The position numbers were made by a program, and so were the translations under genes. From the NCBI RefSeq assembly GCF_006345805.1, contig NW_021835158.1:1-44338 (forward strand): a stretch of 44,338 bases of DNA. Direction: 5' to 3'. Below, one piece after another: positions 13,011-27,066 of this stretch (position 1 is the stretch's first letter; each line of letters begins with the position of its first letter). This DNA comes from Octopus sinensis (Eukaryota). The notes beneath the pieces are model-generated. The model saw nothing but the letters and a program-made list of their open reading frames with translations. It was not told where the DNA came from and did no database searches.

Positions 13011-13938
13011 GTATAAATGTAAGATCCAAGGATCGAGCTGTAGGAAAAAAGTGAGCTTCAAGTAATCCGTAGGAAATTTCTTAAAAAGCTTTCAGGAACA
13101 ATAGTCATTTGTTGGTGCGGATGGTTGTGAAAATTTCCCATATCGATAAATTATCTTATAAACTGAAAAATTATTTTATATTTCACGGCTGGCAACTAGG
13201 GCTGCCGGGTATGTGAATAAAAATCCGTAAGTGGGGGAATAGAGTAGATAAAAGCCGGGCTACATGTGTATCATAGCGAGTGGAACCTCGGAAGTAGTGA
13301 ATATCCACGCAAGGTGTCTACTGTAGGCTTTTCTTGAGGCCAAGAGTATCTGAGGAATTACAACCGTGTTTCGTGGTCTGCTACCACAACAGCTCCTTTA
13401 TAGGATCCAGTTAGCTCAAGACATCATCAGGAGGAACCACGTCCAGTTTCGGCCCCCACTCCTCTACCGTTTTGACGTGGCGGGGCCCCCACTTTCTGAG
13501 GTGTCTTCAGCTCTGGTGTTGGGTGCATGTCTTCTTTCTTCTGTTCCCTAGCCTCTTCGATGTATCGTCAGCGAGTGTCAGCCGGTGACTGACTGTCTTG
13601 TCAAATTTCTCCCTTTAAATACCTGCCGCATAGGCTCCAGCAGGCAGCCCCAGCAAGTTGTCACGTGACACTGTCTCACCTTAACTGACTAGTGAAGGCG
13701 CGTAGTTTTAGCCCGCGCTTGTTTACTTAGAGGTTAGGAGGCCCATGTTGATACACGGAAGATTCGATCAGAAAACGTAGAAAGCACAGTTTGAGTGGAG
13801 AATATAATTGTGAAGAAAAATTAGGAATATAAGAAAAGAAATACGAACAATGATATATGAGGGAGTAGGAGAGTTTACATGTAAAGAATTTAAGCGGGGT
13901 CATTTCACAGATGGTTTTCAATAGAGCCATTTAGGCCG

Positions 13939-14001
<63 letters not shown>

Positions 14002-14474
14002 GGGAGTGGTATTTGAATAAAGATAGTGTGGAGGGAAGGCGTGGGGTGACGGCTAACTTATTTGTGGTCGATGGGAAGAAAAGTGCCTGATTAAAGAGAC
14101 GTTATTAGTAGTAAAATTGAAAATCTTGGTAAGAGAAAGAATGATAGTAATGGCTAAAATCTAAGAATTAAGGGGTGTATATTGTTGGGCGCGTGTGTGT
14201 GATCTATTATAGGTATATGTAGGCATACGTACCTGTAACTTTTCAAAGTATGTGGGGATGGGTGTGGAGGAAAGCTAAATAAGAGATTTTTTAAGGTATA
14301 TAGAATAAGGAAAGATAAATTTAAATATATAGAAAATAAGAAATAAGGAGTTTTAGAGATTACATGGGTGGTTAAAGATTGGTGGTTGTCAGGGTAAATA
14401 TAGAAGAATGTCTATGAGGGCAGGGGTAAGTTACGAAATGACGTGGGGGTTAGGTGGGGTGGAATAGGGTTGCT

Positions 14475-14871
14475 AATTGCATTTTGAGAATAGGTTACGT
14501 AATCTGTGGCGGCATGTAAAAATTATGCTATCGCGTTCATTTGGACAATCAGTGGATTGAATAATGGATAGACACCAACAATGCAAAGACCGTATTTGTT
14601 GTCATAGCCGGTTCATGGTTTAGCATGGGTGGCTATGGACCACTTTAAAGTGTAAGAAATTGATTTGCTCTTAAGTTTATGTATGATACTGAGATTAAGA
14701 CGTACTGTTGGATTTTGCTTGGGACTTGGAGCTGGAGTAGTGGTTGATTACTCTGGTTTTGAAGGTGGTGTTGCACGAGCCGATGTATATATAGTTAGAT
14801 GTGGTAGCCGATACTGTGCGTTTGTAAACGATGTTTTTAGTAAGACAGTGATTATCTAATGGGCAGGGGTG
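14475..14871 (-). pseudogene. PLE GIY-YIG endonuclease remnant
   Basis: HPCPLDNHCLTKNIVYKRTVSATTSNYIYIGSCNTTFKTRVINHYSS...IHKLKSKSISYTLKWSIATHAKP*...TCRHR, matching the PLE pattern CPL-x3-CL-x3-IVY...YIG-x-T-x-T-FK-x-R-x2-NH...W-x-I...CRH; stops and frameshifts present. Confidence 0.85.
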
Positions 14872-15070
14872 GGCGTCTGAAGCTGCATAGCGTCATAGGA
14901 GGTATTGTGGATGAATTGTGGGGTGATAGTTATTTAGTGAAGCTCCAGTGTTAGGTTCATTATCAGCGGTGGCGTTAAAATTGGTATCGATTAGAGAATG
15001 AGGAGGTTGTATATTTTGATAGTTTTCATGTTTGATTATACCGTCTATGTCGTTCTTTATTTCTGGTATA

Positions 15071-15282
15071 TATTTCTTTACTGCCCAGAAGAGGGGACAG
15101 ACAAGGACAGACGAAGGGATTGAGTCGATTATATCGACCCCAGTGCGAAACTGGTACTTTATTTATCGACCCAGAAAGGATGAAAGGCAAAGTTGACCTC
15201 GGCGGAATTTGAACTCAGAACGTAACGACAGACGAAATACCTCTAAGCACTTCGCCCGGCGCGCTAACGTGTCTGCCAGCTC
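15071..15282 (-). mobile_element. tRNA-derived SINE, family B (central domain resembles MetaSINE-type core)
   Basis: Reverse complement matches 42881-43121, including GAGTTCAAATTCCGCCGAGGTC-ACTTTGCCTTTCATCCTTTC...AGTACCAG...GGGGTCGAT; inserted inside the PLE. Confidence 0.85.
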
Positions 15283-15807
15283 TGAGGTATAGTTAGGTCG
15301 TGAGGTAGGTTTAAGGACCGGGAGTTAATAATGGAATTATAGTTGGTGGTCTGAGGGTTAGTGTTGGCAAGGGGCTTTATTGATGTTCTGGGTTTATAGG
15401 GTGAATATTAGTTAGTTGTGGGTTTCTATGTTTCTTGTTAAGATGTCAGATTATTCCAGAAATTTGGTGGTGGTCGCGAAGTAAGACAATTTTATAGATT
15501 GAGAGTAAAAGATTTTTCTAAAGGCGTTGGATTTAGGGAAATGTTTTTCAAGTTGGGTGAAGAAGAGTATGTATGTATGTATGTATGTATGTATGTATGT
15601 ATGTATGTATGTATGTATGTATGATAGTTCTTGACGTTGTCTAAGGTAGATGCTAGCACAAAAGTTTTTCGTTAGGAAACGTAACTCTACTTACATCAGG
15701 CTCACATTATGGCTCACATTATAGCTCACAATATGGCTACCGGTATGATAAAATCTTGACAGCTGTCAGGTTTGAATTCGTGAAAGACAACCAATATATA
15801 TATATTG

Positions 15808-15929
15808 GCCTGCTCGCTTAGCCAAGCGGGGTGGCGTCATTTGAAGGCTAAGACAATGCGAAACTCATTGTGACCAGCGATGTGTAGCAACATCTGATAG
15901 CCTGGTCGGTCACGGTGATCACGGTGATA
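15808..15929 (+). mobile_element. Probable retroposon 3' end with tandem CACGGTGAT tail
   Basis: GC-richer island ending GGTCACGGTGATCACGGTGAT that runs into (TA)n; family not identified. Confidence 0.4.
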
Positions 15930-16210
<281 letters not shown>

Positions 16211-16300
16211 ATATAACGGGCGTCTCTTTAATTGCCCATAATTGATATTAATTGATATTACTTCTTCAAGTTGATCTCTGATACATATACACTATTCCAG

Positions 16301-16439
16301 ATGTATGGATGAGCACAGAAATGGGATTAGGTGGCGTTCATGCATTTTTGTATGCTGACTATTCACAATCAAGCTCCATACTCCGAGGACAGAAAACAAA
16401 AAAAGTGACGTTCATACTTATACTAAGAGCATCAACGGC
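16301..16439 (+). CDS. Candidate internal exon of an unidentified host gene
   Basis: CTATTCCAG acceptor and GTAAGT donor; only one frame open (VWMSTEMGLGGVHAFLYADYSQSSSILRGQKTKKVTFILILRAST); no recognisable homology. Confidence 0.3.
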
Positions 16440-17469
16440 GTAAGTGTAGTGAGTACGACTCAGCATTGAACCTCGGTCGAGGAATCCGATTCTCTGAAAT
16501 ACTCGCTGAAATATTCATGGAACTGATTCAGCATTGCTTAATCAATTTCTTTGGAAGCTCTTCTCTGTTAATGTCAATCGTTTATTCCCATGGTAGACTT
16601 TTTCAAGATTTCATATTTATCAAAAACGGGAAGTGTGTGCGGTAGGTAGTGTTCGTAGGTGTGTGTATCTATATGTAAGTGTGTACGTGTGTAATTTTGA
16701 CCCCTCAATCAACGAGAGAAAGACGTCACCCACTAGTTTTTACTCTTTTTCAGAGTTTCCAAGGCTATTGGAACGGATTGAAGGAAGGGAGGAATTAATC
16801 TGATGCTGTAGACTTGGCCCAAATGCTTGCTAAAGGTACCCAAGAACAAGGTGGTGGTGGAAGTGACTGTGGTGATTTCAATCACTGTTCTACGTATATG
16901 CTTTTATGATACGTGTGTGTATGATGTGTGTGTGTGTCTGTGTGTGTGTATGTGTGTGTGTGTGTGTGTGATGCGACGTTCATACCTTTCTCAGACAACA
17001 TTTAGTCATTATCATTGAAGTGAATTGGTTTTCACATCCGGGCATGAAAAGCGGGTCACGGACTTAGCTGTCCTTAATAAACAACAGTCCTTAATGACTA
17101 GCTACGGTGTTTTTGATGATTAAATTAAACCATAACACAATGCTTATACATTAACAGTACAAAAGAAGAGAGCGAAAACAAAAAAGACAAAACGAAGGCA
17201 GAAACCATTACAGGAACGAAACAATGCAAACATGGCGGAAACATCGTAAGATTGAGGAAATTTTAAGCAGACGATAGAGAAGGCGGAAGGAAGGTGGTTG
17301 TTAGATTAGGCGTTGAATTGATCCAACTATTTAGAGAAGATTAAGTCTAGAAAATAAACAGGCCATGGAGAGATAATATGACAACAATAGTTAAATTGAG
17401 CCTTAGGAACATACTTACGTGGAGTGAGTTCGACATTGAAATTAGAACGCCGGATGGGTTGTTGGGGGT

Positions 17470-17500
<31 letters not shown>

Positions 17501-17700
17501 AAGAAAGAGAGACGGGGAGAGAGACAGTGAGAGAAAGAGAGGGAATATGTGTGAATGTGAATGCATGCATGTGAGTATATAAGAGGGTGAGTGAAAGAGA
17601 ATGAGTGTGCGTATACGTGTGAGTATTTTAAAGAGAAGTAGAGACACGCGTAATATACATATGTGAATACATATAAATTATACACGTTTCTCACAAATAC

Positions 17701-17748
<48 letters not shown>

Positions 17749-18082
17749 ATACATGTACATATGTGTGAGTGTATGCGTGTGTGTGTGAGTACGTAGTGTA
17801 CATATGTATTTATACACACACAAACAGAAATGCATCCGTAATATTTGATGCTTAACACGTACAAAATAATACAAATATTTACATATGTGTGCGCATGTGT
17901 ATATGTATGTATATATATATATACTTATTAGTCTATCTATCTCTCGTTCCACGCATGCATGTATGCATACGTGCGTAAAAATGCGGGGATGAGAATGAAA
18001 ACAGATAGAAATAAAAGTGAAAGTAGGAGGTATTTGCGGTTGAGAAGAAAGGGAAAAAAAATTTAGAAAAAAAAAAAACAAA

Positions 18083-18239
18083 GGAGTGGCTGTGTGGTAA
18101 GTAGCTTGCTAACCAACCACATGGTTCCGGGTTCAGTCCCACTGCGTGGCATCTTGGGCAAGTGTCTTCTGCTATAGCCCCGGGCCGACCAATGCCTTGT
18201 GAGTGGATTTGGTAGACGGAAACTGAAAGAAGCCTGTCG

Positions 18240-18270
<31 letters not shown>

Positions 18271-18486
18271 TTGTGTGTCTGTGTTTGTCCCCCTAGCATT
18301 GCTTGACAGCCGATGCTGGTGTGTTTACATCCCCGTCACTTAGCGGTTCGGCAAAAGAGACCGATAGAATAAGTACTGGGCTTACAAAAGAATAAGTCCC
18401 GGGGTCGATTTGATTCGACTAAAGGCGGTGCTCCAGCATGGCCGCAGTCAAATGACTGAAACAAGTAAAAGAGTAAAAGAGTAAAA
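18083..18486 (+). mobile_element. SINE family A, full length
   Basis: Close match to the family consensus, with internal (TA)n(TG)n and a (GTAAAAGA)n tail. Confidence 0.95.
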
Positions 18487-19484
18487 AACAAAGATTAAAC
18501 AATTGAAATTGTTGTGATAAGTAAAGATATATATCAAAGACAGATGGTGCAATTTCGTTGTCCTGTTGTGTGTTCTTATTTGTCTCTAAGTGGGACTAAT
18601 TAGTGAGAGTTAACGAATAGTTAATGACTGTCTCACTGCGGTTATGTTGAATACAATACGAAGTGGAAAGGTGTGGATGGGGGTAGGAGGGGGGGGGGGG
18701 GGAAGGCGAGTGAAAGCACAACAAAAGCATCGGATACTAATCACAGTGGTTTGTCTACAACATCCCTGAGTCAATATGTGTATATGTGTGGGTGTATGTG
18801 AGTACATGTATGTATGTATGTATTGTATGTATTGTATGTATGTATGTATGTATGTATGTATGTATGTATTAATGTATGTATGTATATATTATATGTGTAT
18901 GTATTTTGATATATATAAATATACATATACACATGTATGTATATATAATCATACATGCACACGTACTTACACACACAATCACAAATAACATAGATATCCA
19001 TGCAGACACACAAATGGACGTACGCACATGCACACACACACACACACACCACACACACACACACACACGCACACACACGCGCACACAGATTGCTACACCT
19101 ATGTAGGTCATTACTAATTAATAAGTCAAACTACCTCAGTATATTACTGTCAATATCTCCAAACAGACATCTATTGCAATCTTTTTTAACGAATCGCTAA
19201 TTAACTGTTAAGAAAAAAAAAATCTTCTTTCAAGAACTGGCACGAACTCAGGCCAAGTTTTTTGAGCGATAATTAAAATCAACAAAGGATTAATTGAAGT
19301 GTAATAGACATGAGTTTCTGGTGGAGAAACTCACGTGGCACTCCGACCACAATTAAATCTATTATGAAGATTTTTTAGGCGGTAACTGAAGAAGTTGTTG
19401 GCAACGGAGTGTGTCTTTTAATGCGTTTTGTTTCCTTTTTTTTTTGGTCTTTTATTATACAGGTAAAAGATATATCTTCTTTTC

Positions 19485-19980
19485 TTTTATTGTTTTACTT
19501 CTTTCACTCATCTCACTGCGGCCATGCTGGAGCACCGCCTGAAGGGTTTTTAGACGAAGAAATCGACTCAGCGACTTGATTATTTTTTACCAATTCTATC
19601 GGTCCCTTTTGCCGAACTGCTGTATTACGGAGATGCAAACACACCAACACCAGTTCTCAAACAATGGGATGGGGAGGTTAGAGAGACAAACACAGACATA
19701 AAGACACACATACATGGATTTATATATACATTACATACAAATGTATGTATATATGTTGATGAACCACCTATTGATCCCCTCAATTTTCTTATTGCTATAT
19801 ATTTATATATAAACATAAGACTTGCTTCTTCCAGTTCTCATCTACCAAATCCACCCACAAGGCGTTGGTCGACCCGAAGCTATAGTAGAAGATACTTGCC
19901 CAAGATGCTACACAGTGGGTTTGAACCCGGAACCATGTGGTTTGAAAAGAAGCTTCTTACCACACAGCTGCACCTGCGCC
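19485..19980 (-). mobile_element. SINE family A, diverged copy
   Basis: Tail and head halves recognisable on the minus strand. Confidence 0.75.
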
Positions 19981-19984
19981 TATA

Positions 19985-20203
19985 TTCTCTTCTTCTTTTA
20001 TTTGTTTCAGTCATTTGACTGCGGCCATGCTGATGCACAGCCTTTAGTTGAACAAATAGACCCCAGGACTTATTCTTTGTAAGCCTAGTACTTATTTTAT
20101 CGGTCTCTTTGCCGAACTGCTAAGTTACGGTAACGTAAACACACCAACATCGGTTGTCAAGCGATGGTGGAGGGACAAACACAGACACACATACATACAC
20201 ACA

Positions 20204-20278
<75 letters not shown>

Positions 20279-20441
20279 GACGGGCTTCTTTCAGCTTCCC
20301 TCTACCAAATCCTCTTATAAGGCTTTGGCCGACCCGAGGCTATAGTAGAAGACACTTGCCTAAGGTGCCACGCAGTGCGACTGAACTCGGAACCATGTGG
20401 TTGGTAAGCAAGATGCTTACCACACAGTAACACCTGTGCCT
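19985..20441 (-). mobile_element. SINE family A, full length with internal (CA)n
   Basis: Reverse complement of the family consensus. Confidence 0.9.
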
Positions 20442-20499
20442 GTCATATATATATATATACATACATACGTATATATATATTATATATGTATATATATAT

Positions 20500-20551
<52 letters not shown>

Positions 20552-20613
20552 TATATATATATATACACACATATATACATACATACACACATACATATAT
20601 TCATGCATTATCT

Positions 20614-20644
<31 letters not shown>

Positions 20645-21497
20645 TGTATTATGTATGTATATTCTATATTTTACTAGTTTCCTACACTGGACTACGCCCA
20701 TACTAGAACAGCATATTGAAGGGAGGGTTTAGTCGAACACTTAGACGCCAATACTTATTTTTAAAGTTTAGAACATATTCTAGTGGTCTCTTTTACCGAA
20801 CTCCCTAGAGTAGAAAAGAATATAATTATATCCAAAATAGGATTTTACAAACGTTAAATGGTATGTTAAAATTATTCAGACCCACCCGTATTCGAAAATA
20901 TACATTTATTGCCAATGTTTTTGTTTTGTTCGTGTTTAACGGTTTTGGATAAATCTAGATTTTAAAGGACTTCGCTCTAAGTCCGGTGTAAGAAGCGTAT
21001 GGAGTAGCTCGCTATACATGTTTTTGGATTAAACACTCTTCCGGTATAGAATAATTATTAGGAGTATGTCAGTCACAATTAATATTAAGTGGTGAGTAAT
21101 TTCAAGCTAATTATTATTTTATTCATTTTGGCAAGGTTAGGAGTTTCTCAGATACGTCCGAGGTCTTGTAAAACATTGTATTTGGCTTTTTATTTAAGTG
21201 TCTGTGATATTTGAGGTGCTTTTACTAATTTTGGTAAAATTATATAGTAACTGCTAATCTAGCCAAAATTAATAACATAATTATCTACACCACAAATTAC
21301 TTATCACTTAACCTTGATTATAAATCTTCTACTACTCTTTTACTTGTTTCAGTCATTTGACTGTGGCCATGCTTTCCAGAAGTTTATAATTCAAGTATAT
21401 ATGAGCATGTCTAGACATCCAACTATATGCATGAAAATACATGCAAAAAACAACACAAATTTGCACGTATACATACATACATACATACATACATACA

Positions 21498-21531
<34 letters not shown>

Positions 21532-21540
21532 CATACATAC

Positions 21541-22313
21541 ATAATGGCCATATATGTACTTTGAATAATTGCATAATTCTACATGAGCCAATGTTACTGT
21601 ATGTATAATTGCAGACTGTATTTATTTGCACAGATTGCATCGGTATATTTGTCTACTACACATCTTTAGGTCCGCTAAAGAATTTCTATTTCACTTTGCG
21701 TGCATTCTTGTACATCTTCTGGCCTCACCCTAATTTTTTTATATATATATATACATATTTCCCCTTTGCCATGTTTGTTTGGTTTCGCTTCTGTTTCACA
21801 ACTGTAATCACTTCCTCAACGGAGAACCAGTGACTCTCTAAAAATCTGGACAAACCTTTTCCTTTTGTTATGGATTAATCATTCAAACTCATCGATTCAT
21901 TCGTCTAATCTGGTTGAACAAACTAGAGACTGGTGAAATGCAAATGAATACATGGGTATATAATTATATGCACACACATACGTACACGCGCACACACACA
22001 CACACACACACTTGATAGTCTCATAATAGCCTGCAATGACAAAGAGCCACTGCATACTAGTCCTTTGATGTGTGTGTGTGTGTGTTTTTGTGTATACACA
22101 GATAGAGATAGATAGATACAAGACATAGAGAGATGAATTATAACAAAGCAGGTTTAAAATCAATACCTTGGATTATTTACGATCAGAAGTTAACATTTTG
22201 TATTGGAAAATTTATAAAATACACAATAAAATATATATAAATATATCATACACACATACATCATTACATACATACATACACACACACCAACACACACACA
22301 CACCACACACACA

Positions 22314-22359
<46 letters not shown>

Positions 22360-23208
22360 GCAAAGATGCATGCATGCATACATACATACACACACACACA
22401 CCACACACACACACACATATATATATATATACACACATATATACATACATACACATCCATACATACACATACATACATACATAATGGCCATATATGTACT
22501 TTGAATATTGCATAATTCTACATGAGCCAATGTTACTGTATGTATAATTGCAGACTGTATTTATTTGCACAGATTGCATCGGTATATTTGTCCACTACAC
22601 ATCTTTAGGTCCGCTAAAGAATTTCTATTTCACTTTGCGTGCATTCTTGTACATCTTCTGGCCTCACCCTAATTTTTTTATATATATATATACATATTTC
22701 CCCTTTGCCATGTTTGTTTGGTTTCGCTTCTGCTTCACAACTGTAATCACTTCCTCAACGGAGAACCAGTGACTCTCTAAAAATCTGGACAAACCTTTTC
22801 CTTTTGTTATGGATTAATCATTCAAACTCATCGATTCATTCGTCTAATCTGGTTGAACAAACTAGAGACTGGTGAAATGCAAATGAATACATGGGTATAT
22901 AATTATATGCACACACATACGTACACGCGCACACACACACACACACACACCACACACTTGATAGTCTCATAATAGCCTGCAATGACAAAGAGCCACTGCA
23001 TACTAGTCCTTTGATGTGTGTGTGTGTGTTTTTGTGTATACACAGATAGAGATAGATAGATACAAGACATAGAGAGATGAATTATAGCAAAGCAGGTTTA
23101 AAATCAATACCTTGGATTATTTACGATCAGAAGTTAACATTTTGTATTGGAAAATTTATAAAATACACAATAAAATATATATAAATATATCATACACACA
23201 TACATCAT

Positions 23209-23297
<89 letters not shown>

Positions 23298-23390
23298 GCA
23301 AAGATGCATGCATGCATACATACATACACATCCATACATACACATACATACATACATACATACATACATACATACATACATACATACATG
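21541..23390. repeat. 940-bp tandem duplication (2 copies)
   Basis: ATAATGGCCATATATGTACT at 21541 and 22481; unique parts nearly identical; boundaries lie in (CATA)n. Confidence 0.95.
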
Positions 23391-23910
23391 ATATAATACT
23401 ATGAATATATATTAAATACGTATTTATGGATATCAGTAAAAAGTTATTTTTACAAATGAGAAGTTAGAATAATGGATAAAATGTTTAATAAATCAATTTA
23501 TTTAAAGATATTTCTAAGTTCATTGATACAGACACAAAAATATTTTTTAAATATATACGGAAGTCAAATTCCTCGTGAATCAGAATATTTATAATCTCGG
23601 ATTAGTAAGGGAAAAATAATTTATTACTGAAATTTCCCAAACGTTAGAATATAATCTTAGTTGGTAATACCTACAATCTGTCAACAATAATTTAACCAGT
23701 GTAAAGATATATTTAAATCTGGAAAAGTGGTTCGTAGTAAAGTTTATATGCAGTTAGCTAACGTATAATCATATTTATGTCTCTGATATAAGGAGGGAAA
23801 AACTTCAGTATGCTGTATGTATATGATACAAACATACATACATACATACATACACACACACATACATACATACATACATACATACATACATACATACATA
23901 CATACATACA

Positions 23911-24014
23911 GGAGTGGCTGTGTGGTAAAGTAGCTTGCTTACCAACCACATGGTTCCGGGTTCAGTAACTTAGCGGTTCGGCAAAAGAGACCGATAGAAT
24001 AAGTACTAGCTTAC
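23911..24014 (+). mobile_element. SINE family A, internally deleted variant, 3' truncated
   Basis: Head fused directly to the 3' half at GGGTTCAG|TAACTTAGCGG. Confidence 0.9.
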
Positions 24015-24165
24015 GCATAAACACGCATTCTTATTCTCTCTTTCACAAACACACATACACACACATACACATACACACAAATACACACACACACAAACAC
24101 ACACACACACACACATACAAGCATATATATAAATAGTTACTTTTGCATGGAAAATATTCTCAACG

Positions 24166-24204
24166 ACTTTGACGTTTCGGCTTCTTCTACTTCATCAGAA
24201 TATC
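24166..24204 (-). ncRNA. Minimal type-I hammerhead-like motif
   Basis: Minus strand GATATT-CTGATGA-AGTAGAAGAAGCC-GAAAC-GTC-AAAGTC; palindromic ACGT stem III; weak stems I and II. Confidence 0.5.
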
Positions 24205-24510
24205 TTTTATGTATAAATTAGACACAATATACATTGCAGCAAGGTAAACACAGTGGCTAAAATGACCCACATGAACAACAGACGCTTTTCGCCCTATTTG
24301 GGTCTTGTCAATGCTATGCGCCAATCTCCCACTTGCTGAGACGAAATTTGGGTTTTGATATGTGGAAAAGCGAATAACACATTCAGTGTACTGCAGAAGG
24401 CTTGCAAAGCTGTAGACGGGTACAAAGCACTCATAAGACCCCAAGTTGGGTGACAGGCCTCTGTCATTCCAAGTGAGTTACTACGGCGACTGTGTTCGTC
24501 TCTTTTTTTT

Positions 24511-24705
24511 TTTACTCTTTTACTTGTTTCAGTCATTTGACTGTGGCCACGCTGGAGCACCGCCTTCAGTCGAGCATATCGACCCCAGGACTTATTATTT
24601 GCAAGCTAGTACTTATTCTATCGGTCTGTTTTGCCGAACCGCTAAGTTACTGAACCCGGAACCATGTGGTTGGTAAGCAAGCTACTTTACCACACAGCCA
24701 CTCCT
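24511..24705 (-). mobile_element. SINE family A, same internally deleted variant, opposite strand
   Basis: Identical deletion junction at ~24650 and the same GTAAAGTAGC and GTACTAGCTT variants as 23911-24014. Confidence 0.9.
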
Positions 24706-24861
24706 GTATGTATGTATGTATGCATGTATGTATGTATGTATGTATGTATGTATGTATGTATGTATGTATGTATGTTATGTATGTATGTATGTATGTACTA
24801 TATGTATGTCAATACAAATAGTTTGTTTAGAAGATAATGAGATGTTATCTAGCACCAATCA

Positions 24862-26400
24862 AGACCACCACCACCACCACCACCACCACCACCACCAACG
24901 CACAACCAACATCACCACCACCAACCACACCACCAACCACCAACGCACCACCAACATCACCACCACCACCACCAACGCACCACCAACATCACCACCACCA
25001 CCTCCACCACCACCAACGCACCACCAACATCACCACCACCACCACCACCACCAACGCACCACCAACATCACCACCACCACCTCCACCACCACCAACGCAC
25101 CACCAACATCACCACCACCACCACCAACGCACCACCAACATCACCACCACCACCACCAACGCCACCACCAACATCACCACCACCACCTCCACCACCAACG
25201 CACCACCACACCACCACACCACCTCCACCACCACCAACGCACCACCAACATCACCACCACCACCACCAACGCACCACCAACATCACCACCACCACCTCCA
25301 CAACCACCAAGCTCACCAACATCACCACCCCCACCACTCCACAACCCACAACGCACCACCCAACATTACCACCACCACCTCCACCACCACCAACATCACC
25401 ACCACCACCACCACCACCAACGCACCACCAACATCACCACCACCACCACCAACGCACCACCAACATCACCACCACCACCTCCACAACCACCAACGCATCA
25501 CCAACATCACCACCACCACCTCCACAACCACCAACGCACCACCAACATCACCACCACCACCTCCACCACCACCAACATCACCACCACCTCCACAACCACC
25601 AACGCACCACCAACATCACCACCACCACCACCAACGCACCACCAACATCACCACCACCACCAACGCACCACCAACATCACCATCCACCACCACCACCGCA
25701 ACCACCACATCACCACACCAACATCACCACCACCACCTCCACCACCACCAACGCACACCACCAACATCACCACAACCACCACCAACGCACCACCACATCA
25801 CCACCCCCACCACTCCCCACCACCACCAACATCACCACCCCAACCACCACCCACCACGCACCACCACTCACCACCACCACCACCAACGACCACCACCATC
25901 ACCACCACAACATCCACAACCACCACGCATCACAACATCACCACCACCACCTCACCACCAACGCACCACCAACATCACCACCACACCACACCACCACCAA
26001 CCACCACCACCTCCACAACCACCAACGCACCACCAACATCACCACCACCCCACAACGCACCACCAATCCACCCACCACCACCACCACCACCAACGCAACC
26101 ACCAACATCACACCACCACCTCCACCACCACCAACATCACCACCACCACCACCAACCACCAACCACATCACCACCACCACACCACCACCACCAACATCAC
26201 CACCACCACCTCCACAACCACCAACGCACCACCAACATCACCACCACCACCACCACCTCCACCACCACCAACGCACCACCAACATCACCACCACCACCAC
26301 CAACGCACCACCAACATCACCACCACCACCTCCACCACCACCACTACATCCATCATCATCAACACCACCACAACTACCACAGCTACTACTACCATCACTA
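24862..26400. repeat. Degenerate CCA/ACC-based minisatellite
   Basis: Recurring ACCACCAACGCACCACCAACATCACCACC with variable (CCA)n spacers; long ORFs arise because stop codons cannot form on this T-poor strand. Confidence 0.9.
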
Positions 26401-27028
26401 ATATTGCAATCAACTATGGCATTGGTATCAACGGTCTACTCCCTCCTATTGCCCCCACCCCACACCTTCCACTTATAGAAGCTAAACAACCTCTCGAACC
26501 GCATAGAAACCCAGATCCGGCCAAATAATCAGATTAAAAATATGTAGCTCATAGCGCCGTTTCTTCTTACATGTTTGTGTGTATGTATGTATGTATGTAT
26601 GTATGTATGTATGTATGTATGTATGTATGTATGTATGTGTATGCATGTATGTTTGTATGCATAGTTGCAGGTACAAACACACACATACTGACACACGCAC
26701 GCACACACACACACGTATGTATGTATATATATATATATATAATCAAAATAAGCAACGAGGATATCCAAGGTAGAGTAGTAAAATTGTTTCATGCTACTTC
26801 ATTTTATTAAACCCTGTGAGTACTACATCAATTTTAAAATGTCGAGCAATCTTCGGCCACATATAGAATTTTACAATTAAACGGACAATGCACATTCTTA
26901 TACTTATTTCATTTGCCAACATTACAAAGAGGGTAGATATATAGACAGAGAGGTAAATTTCATCATTAAGAACATTATGGTAGTATGTTCATTCTCCGTC
27001 TGTAGATTTTATCACGAAATTTTGCTTA

Positions 27029-27065
<37 letters not shown>

Positions 27066-27066
27066 C

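Larger units (their letters stand above)
13700..15660 (-). mobile_element. Degenerate Penelope-like element (3' part), interrupted by (AG)n, a SINE and (TATG)n
   Basis: Minus-strand translation FFTQLEKHFPKSNAFRKIF (~15500-15560) followed by a GIY-YIG domain; boundaries approximate. Confidence 0.8.

Noticed and set aside
13358-13430. Minus-strand CTGATGA...CGAAAC hammerhead candidate
   Set aside because: The core halves are present but the flanks are not complementary, so no stem I can form.
17419-17436. Minus-strand first exon ATG TCG AAC TCA CTC CAC|GTAAGT
   Set aside because: The plausible next exon (~16830-16745) hits a stop after ~30 codons without a good donor; insufficient support.
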